A stretch of DNA of 64,000 bases, taken from the NCBI GenBank assembly GCA_013265495.1, contig MU058252.1, forward strand, positions 560,001-624,000. Reading direction: 5' to 3'. Within the stretch, counting starts at the first letter, position 1. Every line of letters begins with the position of its first letter. This document shows positions 46,801 to 59,184 of the stretch, one piece after another. The translations under genes and the position numbers were made by a program. Under the pieces are notes generated by a model. It saw only the letters and a list, made by a program, of their open reading frames with translations. It was not told where the DNA came from and searched no databases. The DNA is from Vicugna vicugna (Eukaryota).

Positions 46801-49800
46801 CATCCCAGATGACGGGCATCAAGAACGTGCTCTGTAGCAGGCGCTGTGTCTGCTGTTAACTCACTAAACCCTCACGACCACCCAGGGGTGGGTGCAGCTT
46901 CACGTCAGTATCCCTAATCCAAACCTCGGGGCCAGATGGGTTCCAGGATTTGGGGATTTTAGGAAGACACTCACACTTCCACAGCAAAGGTACTCATATC
47001 CCCAGGAAGTGGGAGAAACTGAACTACAACCATCTCAAGTCTGTTCAGGCCAGGCTTTGCCACCAAATGGGTTTTGATGCTGAGCCTAAGAAAACTTCAT
47101 TTTGGGGAACTTTTAGATTTAGGAATTATGGACCGTGGGGTTGTGGGTAGACATAATCCTCACTTCACCTGGAAGGAAACCGAAATTCATGTGTTGACAA
47201 CAGCCCTCATCCTGGTATCTGCAAATGTGACTGTATTTGGAAATAGGATCTTTAAAGAGGTAATTAAGTTAAAATGACGTCATTAGGCTGGAACCTCACG
47301 CAGTATGACTGGTGTCCTTATAAGAAGAGGAAATCTGGCTGCACAGGGAGAAGACAGCATCTACCAACCAAGGGGAGGCCTCAGGACACCTTGATCTTGG
47401 GCTTCAGCCTCCAGAACTGTGAGACAATCAGTCTCTGCTGTTTAAGCTGCCGAGGCTGTGTTGTTACACAGCCTGAGCTGACTAGTACACTGGGGTGGGG
47501 CAGCAGCTCAGAGGATGACCCCGGGGCCTCCCTGGCAGACAGGCGGGGGCCAGGCAGGTCTCACCTCCAGACAGATGACGGAGCCCTGGTGCTCCCGGAA
47601 CACACGCAGCTGCTCCCCACTCAGGATGTCCCAGGCTCGAATGGTGGCATCAGTGCTGCCAGTGAAGGCCGTATGGCTAGGTGTGTCCAGCACCAGGCAG
47701 AGCACAGCACCTGTGTGGCCCCGCAGCGTCTGGTGGCAGCAGCCACTGGCCACCTGCCACACCTTGGCCGTGCCATCCGTGCTGCCTGTCACCAGGAGCC
47801 CCCCGGCCAGGGCCTCCTCCATGCAGGGAGCCCCAGGGAGGTCCCAGGGGGCCGAGTAGGCTAAAGTCAGCACACAGTTGCGGTGGCCCCGGAACTCCTG
47901 GGACACCTGCCCCTTGTCCACATTCCAGGCGCGAGCTGTCCGGTCGTAGGAACTGCTGAAGAGCTGATTGTTGGTGACCAGGATCCTGATGGGAAGAGGG
48001 GAAAGGTCAGGGGTCAGACCTCGCAGGGCCGCCTGGCAGGCTATCCCAGGATCCCCTCGGCTGGTGTCTTACATGTTCAATGAGCCCAGGGGATGGAGCA
48101 AAAGCACAAAATGCTCCCAAGGAATGGGAGATGGGAGTCTGAGAAAATCTCAAGGTTGGGGATGCTTGGGCCCCTGCTTCAGGGGGACAGAGGGGGGCCA
48201 GGAGAGCCTCCCTGAGAAAATGTCAAGGACCTCAGGCCGGGGCTCAGTCTCTGGGCTTCCACCACCCACAGGACAAAGCCCAGACTGACGGCGTCCTCGT
48301 CCCTGCCACCCACACCTGCACCCGCCCCTGCGTGGATACCTAACCACCTCAGTGCAGCAACTGGAGGAGCGCTCCCCTCCCCACCCACCTGGCCACACTC
48401 ACTACCCAAGTCCAGCCCCTTCTCTAGAACGCCACCCAGAAGCCCCCAGTCACTCTTCTGTCTGAGCCCAGGGTCTGCCTGGCCCTCCCCTCGGGGGAAG
48501 GGGTACTTCCACCGTCCTGAGCCATCACCCACAGCAGCGGCTCCACAGCGAGGGAAGCAGGTGGGCAGGAGGGCGAGGGGGACAGGGGAGGAGACCGATC
48601 CACCTGGTGTGCCCAGACCTGATAGGTTTCTGGGGATGCAGGACTTGCAGTTTAAAAATTGGGAAAGTCCTGGGCAGAGTGGGACACGCTAGTCACCCTA
48701 GGACAGGTCAGGCTCCAGAGGTGGGGCGACATTTCCCACTGAGAAGCCGGTGAGTTATGTGGGGTTCCAGGCCCACCGGCCAGCCCTCACTGTCACTCAC
48801 AACACTGGCCGGCGGCCACGCCCTTGGGTGACTTCTGTAAGGTTAGGGCCCAGGGGAGGCACAGTCAGAGGGGAGGCACTGTCACCTCCCGTCATTCAGG
48901 CTGATGTCTGGGAGCGAACCTCCAGCTCCAGGTCACAGCCTGGGCCAAGGGCCCCAGGGATCTCCGGGAGGGAGGAGCAGAAATGTTCATCCATGGTGGG
49001 GCAGAGCCTCCCAAGCAGTAAATATTCATGATTCTTATTCTCATTTTGATGCATGCAAGGAATTTCCCCCCAGAAAATATCCATCTGTCTTTTTACCCCC
49101 TTAATGGAGGCACTGGGGATTGAACCCAGGCCCTCGTGCACGCCAAGCACACGCTCTACCACTGAGCTACACCCCCGACCCCCTCATCTGTCTTCAGTAC
49201 AGAACCCTGCATGTGACTTCAAAGGGCCTGTTTACACATCCACTCACAAAGGGCAGAGGCCTAAATCTGGAATGGGGTATGTCATCAGTGTGGGGACAGA
49301 GGGGTCAGGACCCCCATCTCAGTGTCAGAGGCACCTCGTGCACCTTCTTTTAAAAGGTCTTTCCTGTGAGCCTAACATGGGCAGGAGAGAAGGACCTGGA
49401 ACAGAGCAGACCTTCTGCCCACCGCACACCTCTGGGCCGTTCTCACTTCCCGCAAGTAATTAAGGCCACAGTGCATTAAATGCAGCACACTCTCTATTTC
49501 TGATGGCTCCTGCCTCAATACCCAGGAGGGGTGGTTTTCACAAAGTGTGTGTTTCTAAAGGAAGGTGACAACTTGGCACCTCAGGTGACATTCTCAGGGC
49601 CTAAGTCCTGCAGCGTGTGGCCTCGCATGAGAAGGCAGGGACGACGCCAGGCCTGGCCAGTGCCCCCAGAAGCTCGCACACCTGGCCCTGCTCTAATAAC
49701 GTGAGAAGTGAAGGCCACGTTTTCACCTCAGGGACATCATACATTTGTGAGCACAGTTACTTAATAATGCAAATATCTACCCCGAGCTATTGTTGAGAAC

Positions 49801-52800
49801 AGTCAACTGCTCAAAAGTAGTGTGTGTGTGTGTGTGTGTGCACACATGAGTGTGAACTTGAGTGTGAACACGTGTGTATGCTGTGTGTGCGCTTGGGGGA
49901 GTCTAAACCTGGCAGAGCATAATTTCTAGCCCTAATTGTCCAGATTTACTTTTGAGGCGCAGCTGATCAGTTTTCAGCTGCAACCTGAGGGCCAGCTGGT
50001 CACCTGAGATGGGGCTTTCTCCCACCTCCCCATCCTCTGTCAGCCCTTCCAGTCGCTCACAGCCTCACAAAAGGAGACGCCCCCATGCCCACACCTTTCC
50101 ATAGTTATAAACTTTCTCAAGAAAGAGTGCTGAGAAGAGGCCAGCAGGACCTGAGTCCCGAGTCCTCACCGCAGCCCTCCTCCACCACCTGCCTGCTTGG
50201 CCCTGGTCTCCCAGGTCCCCGGGCCTCACCTGCTCTAGCTAAGAGGGTGGGGCTGGGGGGTGGATAAAAGCTCAGCTGCAGGAAGGTGGGGCAGTGCCGA
50301 GCTCTATGGAATCCCCACTGTGGTGCTTCTCCAGTGAGAACCATCCTGAGTCAACAGGACGCTTTTGCACCTCCGCACAAGGATGTGACCTCGTTCCTGC
50401 CCTGTGGGTGCCCCATTCTGACTGGGGGCAGCTGGTACTACAGTGGGTTGATGAGCAGTCTGGCCCACTGCTTCCACCCACCGTGCGCTGGACCATTAGG
50501 CCAGATGGGTCGCACCTGGGCCCAGGTATCACAAAGCTCTGTTGGCAGCATCCCCTCTGGCGGAGAACATCCTTTCCTCTCTGCTTCCCCCACCCCCCAC
50601 TCAAATGCCCACCTCACCTCCATGGGCCCTTTCCTGGCTTAGTTGACTTCCCAGCAGGTGCCCCTCCTAGCCAGTGAGGCCACGAGGCCCCCACGGGGTT
50701 GGAGTGGGGGGTGCCCAGACTCCTGCTCACACCCGGCACTCCCTCAGGAGTCTGAGACGCCCCAAGTTACAGAAATGTCAAGTTGATCTGATCAGCAAGG
50801 AATTTCCATGGCTCAGCTCAGACCCAACTCAATAAGGAAAGGAAAAATTCAAAACTCCATGGGAAGGAGGGGCTGGGAGATTTTCAGCAGCCACATGGAA
50901 GGGGAAGTTTAAAAATACCCTGACTCCCTCTGCAGAACAATCCCCATTTGGCTCCTCCTCCAAGCCCCTGGTCCACCATCGGGTACCAATTAAGCCATTT
51001 CCTCTGGAATTTGTTCCCATCAGCCTCCAATGACTTTCCCTGTGCCCAGTTGGGGGCAGGTGTGCTGCCAGGGCCAAGGGAGGGCTTCCTGGCACTAGTC
51101 AAGGTGTTGGTGGTGCCTCCCTTCCCCCACCTGCGCCTCCCTTCCCCAACCTGCGCCTCCCAACCCTCTACCTGCACCACCTCCCTACGTGTCCACAAAT
51201 GTTCCCCAGAGAAGCTAAGTTCCTCCAGAGCAGGGGTCCCACTCAGCCAGGTACTGTGAGGAGAGGCCGAGTCCTCACTGCCCGGCAGCCCGGAGCCCCC
51301 AGGCCACGCTGACCTGTTCACAATGGACGTGTGTCCCCGAAACACCTGCAGACACTGCCCAGTCAGCACGTCCCACTTCCTGATGGTGCAGTCAGCGCTG
51401 CACGTGAAGGCGGCTTCGTCCTCCAGCTGGCAGAAGGTCACATAGCTTTCGTGTCCTGCAGACGAGGGGAGATGTGAGCATCCCAGGAACTGCCAGCTCC
51501 CAGTTCTCTTAGAGAATGTCTGAGATGGGGAGGAAGGGAAGAAAGCAGGAGTGTTGGAGGCAAGTCCAGAAGCGACCAGCACTTGGAAATAATGATTTAA
51601 ATCTGGGAGTCTCAGGAATTGTGGGGGAGCCAGAAGCAATTCCGGGGGCACTCAGCCTGCCCTGGAATCCTTCTGTTCCTTCGTCTTCCACGCACTCCTT
51701 CATCATCTTCTTCAGTCTTTTCAGCTGTTTGTATTCACTCAGTCATTCAACAAACCTCATGTTACAGAGGCAGAAAGTATAGAGGGCAAGGGTCCCCAAC
51801 ACAGCAGGGCCTATTTTTCAAGTAAAGATGTTTGCATCTCGGATAACCACTTTAGATGAAAAACTGAAGCTGACTCTGTTTAAGGAGAATTCAGGGACCA
51901 GAAAATCAACAGAATCAAAAGAATGTTAAACCTAAGAGCCATTTCACAGACGAGGAGACTGACGAATTCAAATAATAACACATGTGAGGGATGTATTTAT
52001 TATGTTAAGGATTTTGATCGGATTTAAAAATTTCATCTAGATGTCTGGTATCAGGTACATGGGGATTTAGAATCTCCTGGGCAGTTTCAAACTGATTCAC
52101 AAATTTTTTTTTGGCCCGGGGTATAAGCTTAGTTACTCTTGGAAGAACCCAACTTCCTGGGTTCTAAGAAACAGAATTTTTTTTAAAAAGTAAGAAAGAA
52201 ACATTTTTCTATCTTCTTGGATAGCATATACCAGGCCCGTAAGAAAACAACGTTTATGTGAATTAAGTAAACACTGGAAGAGACTGCAGGGTGTTTCCCT
52301 GAAAGTGCATGTCAGTTTAAAAGTCGAGGGCAAAATGTGTTTGGCAAAATGCAGCCTAGCTCCTCGCCAACCCCAAAATGTTTGTAAAATATTTGAAAAT
52401 TGTCAGCGAGCTTTCCCTGAGACCAGATCTGTCGCCAGGAGGGCTCAGCCCTGGGTGAGGGGCACCCGGCATCCTCAGGTGGCCAGAGGTAGCCAGGGTG
52501 TCCCGAGGGCAACCAGGCACACGTCCTGCAGTCCCTGGCACCCACCCAGGCCAGGAGAGGCTCCTTCCTGGGAAACCCCCCGGCTGCTTCTGTCCCACCT
52601 CAACAGCATCTGACAACGGAAGGCAGAGAACCAAGTGGATGTGTCAATCAGGCCATGGAAAGCACTGAAAACTAAAGCGGGCATCTCTCCTCAATGACAC
52701 TGTAGCCATTAACCAGGGACTCGAAAGACATGAGAGTCGGACAGCTTTTCTGACATGCAGCAGGAAAAAAAAGGATATGTACACTGATTGAGAAGCGACA

Positions 52801-55800
52801 GAAATATAAACACATAGAAACAAAAACTGGATGAAAAGAGGTGATAACGAAAAGCTGTTTTTCAATGTAAAAAACTCCTCCCTGAAGCAGGGCAGCCGCC
52901 CCTCTGCGCTCCCAGGGGTCTGGCCCTAAGCTGACTGGTGCTCCCTGCACAGGGCAAGGCTCTGCCCTCTACAAGCCCCTTCCCCTGAGCGCCAGACGCC
53001 CACCTCACACCTGAAAACCCAAGCGAGAGATGGGGATGGAGGAGGGAGGGCTGGGGGAGGCAGGGCCCGGGACGTCTCCAGGGACCACAGTGCCTTGGCC
53101 ATGAGCTGTTGGAATTATGCGGAATAAGCAAAAAAGCCAATCTAAAAATAAATATTTTTGAAGGGATGAAAAATGCAGATAAAATGTGGTTATTATGTTC
53201 AAAAGAACACGCTGAGGCTCAGGGTTTCCTGCCAGGGTAGTCGGCCCTCCCCGCCTGTCCGCTCCTGCACCCTCGGACTGGCTGGAGGTTTAGAGTCAAA
53301 GTGTCCCCTCGGAGCGCTGGAGAGCCGGGTCCGCGGGGGTCGGGGGCCTGGAGTGCGCCTGGCCAGCTGCACACGCCCTTCCACTCAGCATGAAAAGCGG
53401 GGCCTCCTCTCCCTCTGCCCCAGGGGTCCCCCTCCTCTTCTCCAGCCTGCTCCCTGCAGCTCCCCAGCCCACTGCAGGCTCCCTGACCCCCACTGCCCAC
53501 GGGGTTCAGACAGTCAGAGCCCCAGAAGGAGTCTCTGGGTTAGGAAATGTTGGCCGAGGCCCCCAAACCGCAGTCACGCCTCCCAGGAGGGAGCCCTCCC
53601 CACAGCACAGCAGCTTCTGGGCTGCAGCAACCGCCCCCACCCTCCCTCCTTCAGGCCTGAGGACGGCGACAGCCCCGCTGGTCCTGGCCACAGCTACTGT
53701 GGGTCCCTGCACTCTGCCCACATTTTCCAAGCATCCCTTTGTTAGCCTCTCCTCAGTTACCGTTTCCAGGTGCTGTTCTGTTTCCTACTGGGGCCTACCT
53801 GCTAGAGCTGTAGTCTGAGCGGGGAGGCTCTGGCTGGAGTGGACAGAGTGCAGCAAAGCCACTGAGGACTCAGCCTTGGGCCACCTGCCCCCCAGCTCCC
53901 AGCCCAGGCTGATGTTCTTGTCACTGCTGCTGCCGCAGGGCCCGTCCTCAGCCCAGATTCTCTGGCCCCACGACCTTGACCAAACTGCCCTCCTGCCTCC
54001 ATCTTCATCCTCCCTAATCGGCACTCACAAGGGTGCTCACCTCCCCTAGACAGCGGTCTCTGCAGAGCTGAAGAATGAATTACCAGCGTGGGCTTCCTTC
54101 ACATCCATATTTAAAACAAACTGATGGAATTCTCCCTTGACCGGGACAAAGCTAGTAACAATCTGTTTATGTCTGAGAGCCTCCCCTATGCTCCCACACG
54201 CCCTTTTAAAAATATGCACGAGGTGATTCAGCAGTCTCACTTCTGGGTACATACCCCAAAGAATGAAAAGCAGGGCCTGGAATGTTCACAGCACATCATT
54301 CACAACAGTCAACAAGTTGGAGCAGCCCACGTGTCCATGGATGATGTACAAAGAAGAGACATTAGATCCATGCGACAGAACAGTATCCAGCCTTTAAAAA
54401 GAAGGACATTCTGACCCATGATACAACCTTGGGGATGTTGTGCTAAGTGAAATGAGCCAGTCACAAAAAGGCAAAGAATACATGAGTCCACAAGCTACCT
54501 AGAGGGGTCAGACTCATCGAGGCAGAAAGGAGAACAGCGGGTGCCCGGGCTGGGGAGACAGGCATGGGGTTATTGTTCACTGGGGACAGTTTCAGTTTCG
54601 CCAGATGAAGAAGTCCCAGAGACGGATGGTGGTGATGGCCGCACAACATTAGGAACGTTTAATACCTGTGAAGTACATTTAAAAACGGCTAAGATGGTCA
54701 ATTGTATGTCATGTGAGGTTTTCTTTTTTATTATAATTAAAACCTGTCCCACCTGTCCCACTCACCTGGCCAAGAGGTGAACCCTGACAACCCCAGCTCA
54801 CCGAGTTCCTGCTCATCTGAAGTTCAAGTGCACACAGCCCCTCAGCTTAGCAACCATTCGCTCAGTCCTATCTGCAAGTTCCCTGGGGCGGGATCTGAGA
54901 CTCTTGCCCCTCTGAATCTGACACAGGCGCCCAGCACAGTTGAGCTAACAGGCAGGCGAGGGGGAAAGGGCTCTGGACCAGGAGGGAAGAGCAGAGCACG
55001 CAAGAGAGACTCAGTTTCCTCATCTACAAAATGGGGACAATAATGGGTCACGAGAAGCAAATGAGGAAAAGCTTTGGAGCTGGCGTGGGGCCAGCAGGAT
55101 GCTGTTACTCCGTTTAGGCTCAAAGGATAAGACAACTAATACAACGAGCTAGGAACTGCTTATTAACTGGTTTAACGCCCACCATGACCTTATGAGGCTG
55201 GGTTACTGTTGTTATCATCCCCAATTCACAGATAAAGTAACTGAGGCATGAGGAGTTATGTAATGGGATTTGAGCCCAAGCAGCCTGGCCCCAGAGCCCA
55301 GGCTCTTGACAAGTAATGGCCCTTCCTGCTTCCCGGTAGTAAGTAAGAGTCATCCAGACGGGCAGGCACTCACCAGGTGTGCAGTGGATACGAGCGTGTA
55401 GCCTGTCCACACGGAACTGCAAACAAGCACGACCCCCACCATGTTAGAAGATGCTTTGAGAAGATGAGGAGGCTTTTGGGGGACAGCCACAGTGGGCGGG
55501 AACCTCAGGCTGGGTCCCTCACTCCTTGAGAACAGACCAGGACAGGAACTGCCATTTGGGGAAAGGCTGCTTATCCCACTGACGTAGGGAAGTGCCTCAA
55601 ATAAACCAAAGGATACCCAAAGGATAGAAGAGAAAAAGAGGAGGAGGGGAAGAATCTCATTAAAAGCAATTCTTCCCTTTACAGACTAACTGGCAATTAA
55701 ACCTGCTTTTTCATGGTGAGCTCACCAACTACATTTGAAAGCCAGTTCCAGCGATAAATGCTGGAGAGGGTGTGGAGAAAAGGGAGCCCTCCTGCACTGT

Positions 55801-58800
55801 TGGTGGGAATGCAGTTTGGTGCAGCTGTTATGGAAAATAGTACGGAGATTCCTCAAAAAAAAAAAAACTAAACTAAAACTAGACTTACCCTATGATCTAG
55901 CAATCCCACTCCTGGGCATATATCTAGAGGGAACCTTAATTCAAAAAGATACATGCACTCCAATGTTTATAGCAGCACTATTTACAATAGCCAAGACATG
56001 GAAACAACCTAAATGACCATCAACAGATGACTGGATAAAGAAGCTGTGGTATATTTACACAAATGGAATACTACTCAGCCATAAAAAGAATAAAATGACA
56101 TGGAGATTGTCATTCTAAGTGAAGTAAGCCAGAAAGAGAAAGAAAAATATCATATGATATCACTCATACCTGGAATCTTAAAAAAAGACATAATGAACTT
56201 ATTTACAAAACCTAAACAGACTCACAGACATGGAAAACAAACTTACGATTACCAAGGAGTAAAGAGGTGGGAAGGGATAAATTGGGAGTTCAAGATTTGC
56301 ATATACAAACTACTACATATTTCTACTGTATAGCATAGGGAACTATGTTCAATATCTTGTAGTAACTTATAATGAAAAAAAATATGAAAAGGAATATATG
56401 TATACGTATGACTGAAACATTATGCTGCACACCAGAAACTGACACAACATTGTAACCTGACTATAGCATCCGCTGCAAGCTGAGCAAGAAGCTCAGGAGG
56501 AAAACACAGGCGGGAGCTGCCAACCACAGCCACTCTGCCCAAGACATCCAGGCCTGACCCACCAACCAGCTCTTCTTTGCAGCCGTCTGTGGGCCCAGAG
56601 CAGCACAAAGAGGGAGCACCCACCTGCATGCGGCAGTTTCCACCCGAATGGGAGTGGAAAGAGCCTGGATCTGGAGTCAGGAGACATCCAGGGTTTGGGC
56701 TGTCAGTGATCAGCCATGCAGCCTCAGGAGAGCACATCTCCCTCCTGTTCTGTCCCAGCAAGAACAGGAGCCACACAGTGGTCAAGAAGCCCTTTCTGCC
56801 ACCGACCAGCCGTGTGACCCTGGACAAGCTGCGCAACCACACTGTGTGTCAGGGATGTTGACCACAGCACCTGCCTCACGAGCTGAATGTCTAGAAAACG
56901 CTTAGAATGCTCTGTGTGTTGATAAATAATCTGCACTTCTCTGTTCTCATCTATAAACCAGCGTCAACCCTATCCACCTCACAGTGACGAGGGTTAATAA
57001 CATAAGAAATATGTACTTAGGGAGATGGTATAGCTCAGCGGTAGAGTATGTGCCTAGCATGCACGAGGTCCTGGGTTCAATCCCCAGTGCCTCCATGAAA
57101 AATAAATAAATCTAATTACTTCCCCCACCCCCAAAAAACCCAAACAAACAAAAAGAAATACATACTTAGAAGAGTATTTATAAGACATAAGGCACTAATT
57201 AAAGAGTATTTATAAAATGTCAAGACTTTTATTAATATTTCACTGATACAAAAAAAAAATCCTATGGGGGGAGCTGGCAAGCCCTTGCTTTCTTTGGGGG
57301 CCAGACAAGGATGATCACACGCCCAAAATGACTCACAAATCAAGTCTATTAGTACAATTTCAGGATAAGGAAAGGTAATTTTTGTCCCTTCTGTCCTTGA
57401 AACTTCTTGAAATGCGAACCCTAGAACAGAAGAAACGATCCTGGCAGAAACGGGTAGCAGTTTCTCAGTTTGATAGAGTCATCCTGTTGAGTAGGGTGGC
57501 CCACAACTAGGGCACCAGAGGGTCAAGTGTGGCCTCACTAGGAAGCAGATGCTGGTGTTCGAGGGGGACGAGCCACCATGAGGGCCACTAAAATGAGTGT
57601 GAAGGGTGCTTGCCAGGCACAGGGCTGGGCAGGAGGGTGGTCCTGGGGGCAGAGCCAGGGGCCCACCAGGCCAGAACCACTCTGGAAAGGACTGGAGCTT
57701 CCTAGGGTGGAAACTGGCCTACAAACTGGGCTCCCACAATGGGTCCCAGTCCAGAGCTCCCTGGGCCAGCAGATCATCAGAGCCATCTTCCCGCTTGTTA
57801 GAAATGCAATTCTAGAGACCTACGCCATGGGTGGTAGGAAACTGGGACCTGAGAACCTGCATTTCTGAAAGCCCTCTAGATTAAAGTCTCATGTCTGGGA
57901 AGCAATACAAGTTGGATCTAAGTTTTCTGACAGATCTATGCCGTCAGTGTGTGTGACTATCTGCGGGTGGTGGCCAACTCCCCATTATCTGCACCAGCTC
58001 CCAAGGAGCAGGTAATCCAAAACTCATTCCTATTGGGCTTTGAAGTATCTCCCATAATTGCTTTTATTTAAAACCAGCAGGGTCAGGATCAGGCAATACT
58101 GAAGATAATTTACTCCCTGTGCCTACAGGAGCTGGGAGGCCTGGGGGAGGCCACCCAGGATTTGCTGATTATGGTGGAAAAACCAACCATGAGAAACAAC
58201 CAAGCACACAGTGCGAGAAGCCTGGTCCTCCTCAAGGGGCTATGCAGGCCACTCAGACACCAATGGCGGGACCTCAGTCCCGCGCTGCAGGCACGTGACA
58301 GGGACCCGGGGTAAGAAAAGCAGCCACCTCTCCACGAGGAAGCACACAAAAAGAAATCGGCATGGGTGCATCTGCAGAACTCTTGTAAAACCATACGTAC
58401 ACCTCCCGCTAGTTCATGGAGTTTCTAAACACGCCAAACTGCAGACGGAACGAAGCAGAGAGAGAACAGGGCAGGGTGGGGGAGGGGGGTTCAAATTTCA
58501 ACAAGCCCCACCAGCTGCGTAAGCAAGCCACTTATTCCCTGCCTCAGTTACCCTGTCTGCACGAGTGGGACAAGAGCAATACAGCGTGAGTGAGGACTGC
58601 ACTCTGTAGCGCCCAGGGCAGTTAACGAGCCTCGGTTGTTACCCCAGTGGCCCCGAGAGAGGAAATGTCCGGCCACAAGTCACAAGGCCAGTGAGAGACG
58701 AGGGAAGGCGCTGCTGAGTGAGTCAGGGACAGAGGTGAGATTTCTTTGTTTCTTAAAACTGCTATGATGGAAACGATTTTATGCTGCGGTTGGCAAGTGA

Positions 58801-59184
58801 TTTTCGCCCTCGAGCGGCATCCCACGGCTCACTGATCCCGATCGCTGCCCTCTCTGCGCGCCCACCCAACCTCGCGCGCTCTGCCACGAGCGTGCGCGAT
58901 GGGCGCGGGCTGGACTCTGGGGAAGGGGTCTGCGGCCGGAAGAGCTGAGGGCTGAGGCAGGCGTGCAGGCGAAGGGGACAGAGCGAGAGGTCGGAGGACG
59001 CGCGCGGTCAGGCGGGTCTACCTTGCAGGAGGGCGCAGCACTGGCCGTCCGCGGTGCTCCAGAGCCGGGCTGTGCCGTCCTCGCTGCCCGTCAGCAGGCG
59101 CTGCCCGTCGGGGCTCAGGCTGAGCCAGTTGATGCCCCCGCGGTGGTCCGCGCAGACCTTCAGGGCAGACCCTCCGCCCCCCAT
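37691..59184 (-). CDS. WDR86: WDR86 (WD repeat-containing protein 86), spliced CDS of 6 exons, 379 aa
   Basis: complement join(59022-59184,51314-51455,47565-47985,40385-40520,38144-38247,37691-37864) = 1140 nt, GT-AG with consistent phases. Translation [42 protein letters not shown]...[22 protein letters not shown], with repeated GH...WD motifs. NUB1-WDR86 adjacency is the known mammalian synteny. Confidence 0.96.
38144..38247 (-). CDS. WDR86: WDR86 exon 5
   Basis: ttcacag|; [34 protein letters not shown]; |gtaggc. Confidence 0.95.
38913..39097. mobile_element. MER5A DNA transposon
   Basis: gttctcaaactgcagtaggcatcagaatcac...gtttctgatt...aggtctggggtgg...gtgatgctgatgct...tgagaacactgg. Confidence 0.75.
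39123..39490 (-). mobile_element. ERVL LTR16-like remnant
   Basis: tgtcttagcctgggttctcctggaagccgaccctgacactagaatttgagtgcaa; boundaries approximate. Confidence 0.45.
39720..40005 (+). mobile_element. MLT1J/K-like (MaLR) LTR remnant
   Basis: gatggttggagctccagcagctatctt...ccatgagg...cagcctagactgcc...tgagagaaaaataaac. Confidence 0.65.
40385..40520 (-). CDS. WDR86: WDR86 exon 4
   Basis: cccccag|; [45 protein letters not shown]; |gtaagt. Confidence 0.95.
45198..45335 (+). mobile_element. Short L1 3' UTR fragment
   Basis: agcacagggaactata...aactgaatccctatgctgtacaccagaaactaac...ttgtaaaccgactatatttcaataaaaa, matching the end of the 32.3-34.6 kb L1. Confidence 0.8.
47175..47489 (+). mobile_element. 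MLT1A/B-like (MaLR) LTR
   Basis: aatgtgactgtatttggaaatagg...gactggtgtccttataagaagagg...cagcctccagaactgtgagacaat...gactagtaca. Confidence 0.8.
47565..47985 (-). CDS. WDR86: WDR86 exon 3
   Basis: cccatcag|; [34 protein letters not shown]...[10 protein letters not shown]; |gtgaga. Confidence 0.95.
48585..48700. mobile_element. MER94-like hAT MITE
   Basis: ggtttctggggatgcaggact...gggaaagtcctgggcagagtgggacacgctagtcacccta. Confidence 0.55.
49101..49176 (-). mobile_element. tRNA-Ala-derived SINE (Vic-1-like), antisense
   Basis: ttaatggaggcactggggattgaacccagg...gctctaccactgagctacacccc is the reverse complement of the SINE head. Confidence 0.85.
49820..49839. repeat. (GT)10 microsatellite
   Basis: gtgtgtgtgtgtgtgtgtgt. 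Confidence 0.9.
51314..51455 (-). CDS. WDR86: WDR86 exon 2
   Basis: ctgcag|; [46 protein letters not shown]; |gtcagc. Confidence 0.95.
54200..54742 (+). mobile_element. Ancient L1 3' end (L1MB-like)
   Basis: cacttctgggtacataccccaaagaatgaaa...gctaagtgaaatgagccagtcacaaaa...gagacggatggtggtgatggccgcacaaca. Confidence 0.75.
55190..55310 (-). mobile_element. MIR SINE remnant
   Basis: ttatcatccccaattcacagataaagtaactgaggca...gggatttgagcccaagcagcctggccccagagccca. Confidence 0.6.
55752..56465 (+). mobile_element. LINE-1 3' fragment (ORF2 C-terminus and 3' UTR)
   Basis: [10 protein letters not shown]...HCWWEC...PLLGIY...[21 protein letters not shown]; 3' UTR resembles the 32.3-34.6 kb copy. Confidence 0.9.
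57021..57152 (+). mobile_element. tRNA-Ala-derived SINE (Vic-1-like) with 17-bp TSD
   Basis: ggtatagctcagcggtagag...gcacgaggtcctgggttcaatccccagtgcctcca; TSD at 57004-57020 and 57153-57169. Confidence 0.9.

Noticed and set aside
50884..51651. 255-aa ORF as a separate gene
   Set aside because: Only 51314-51455 is WD40-like (WDR86 exon 2); the rest is in-frame intron.
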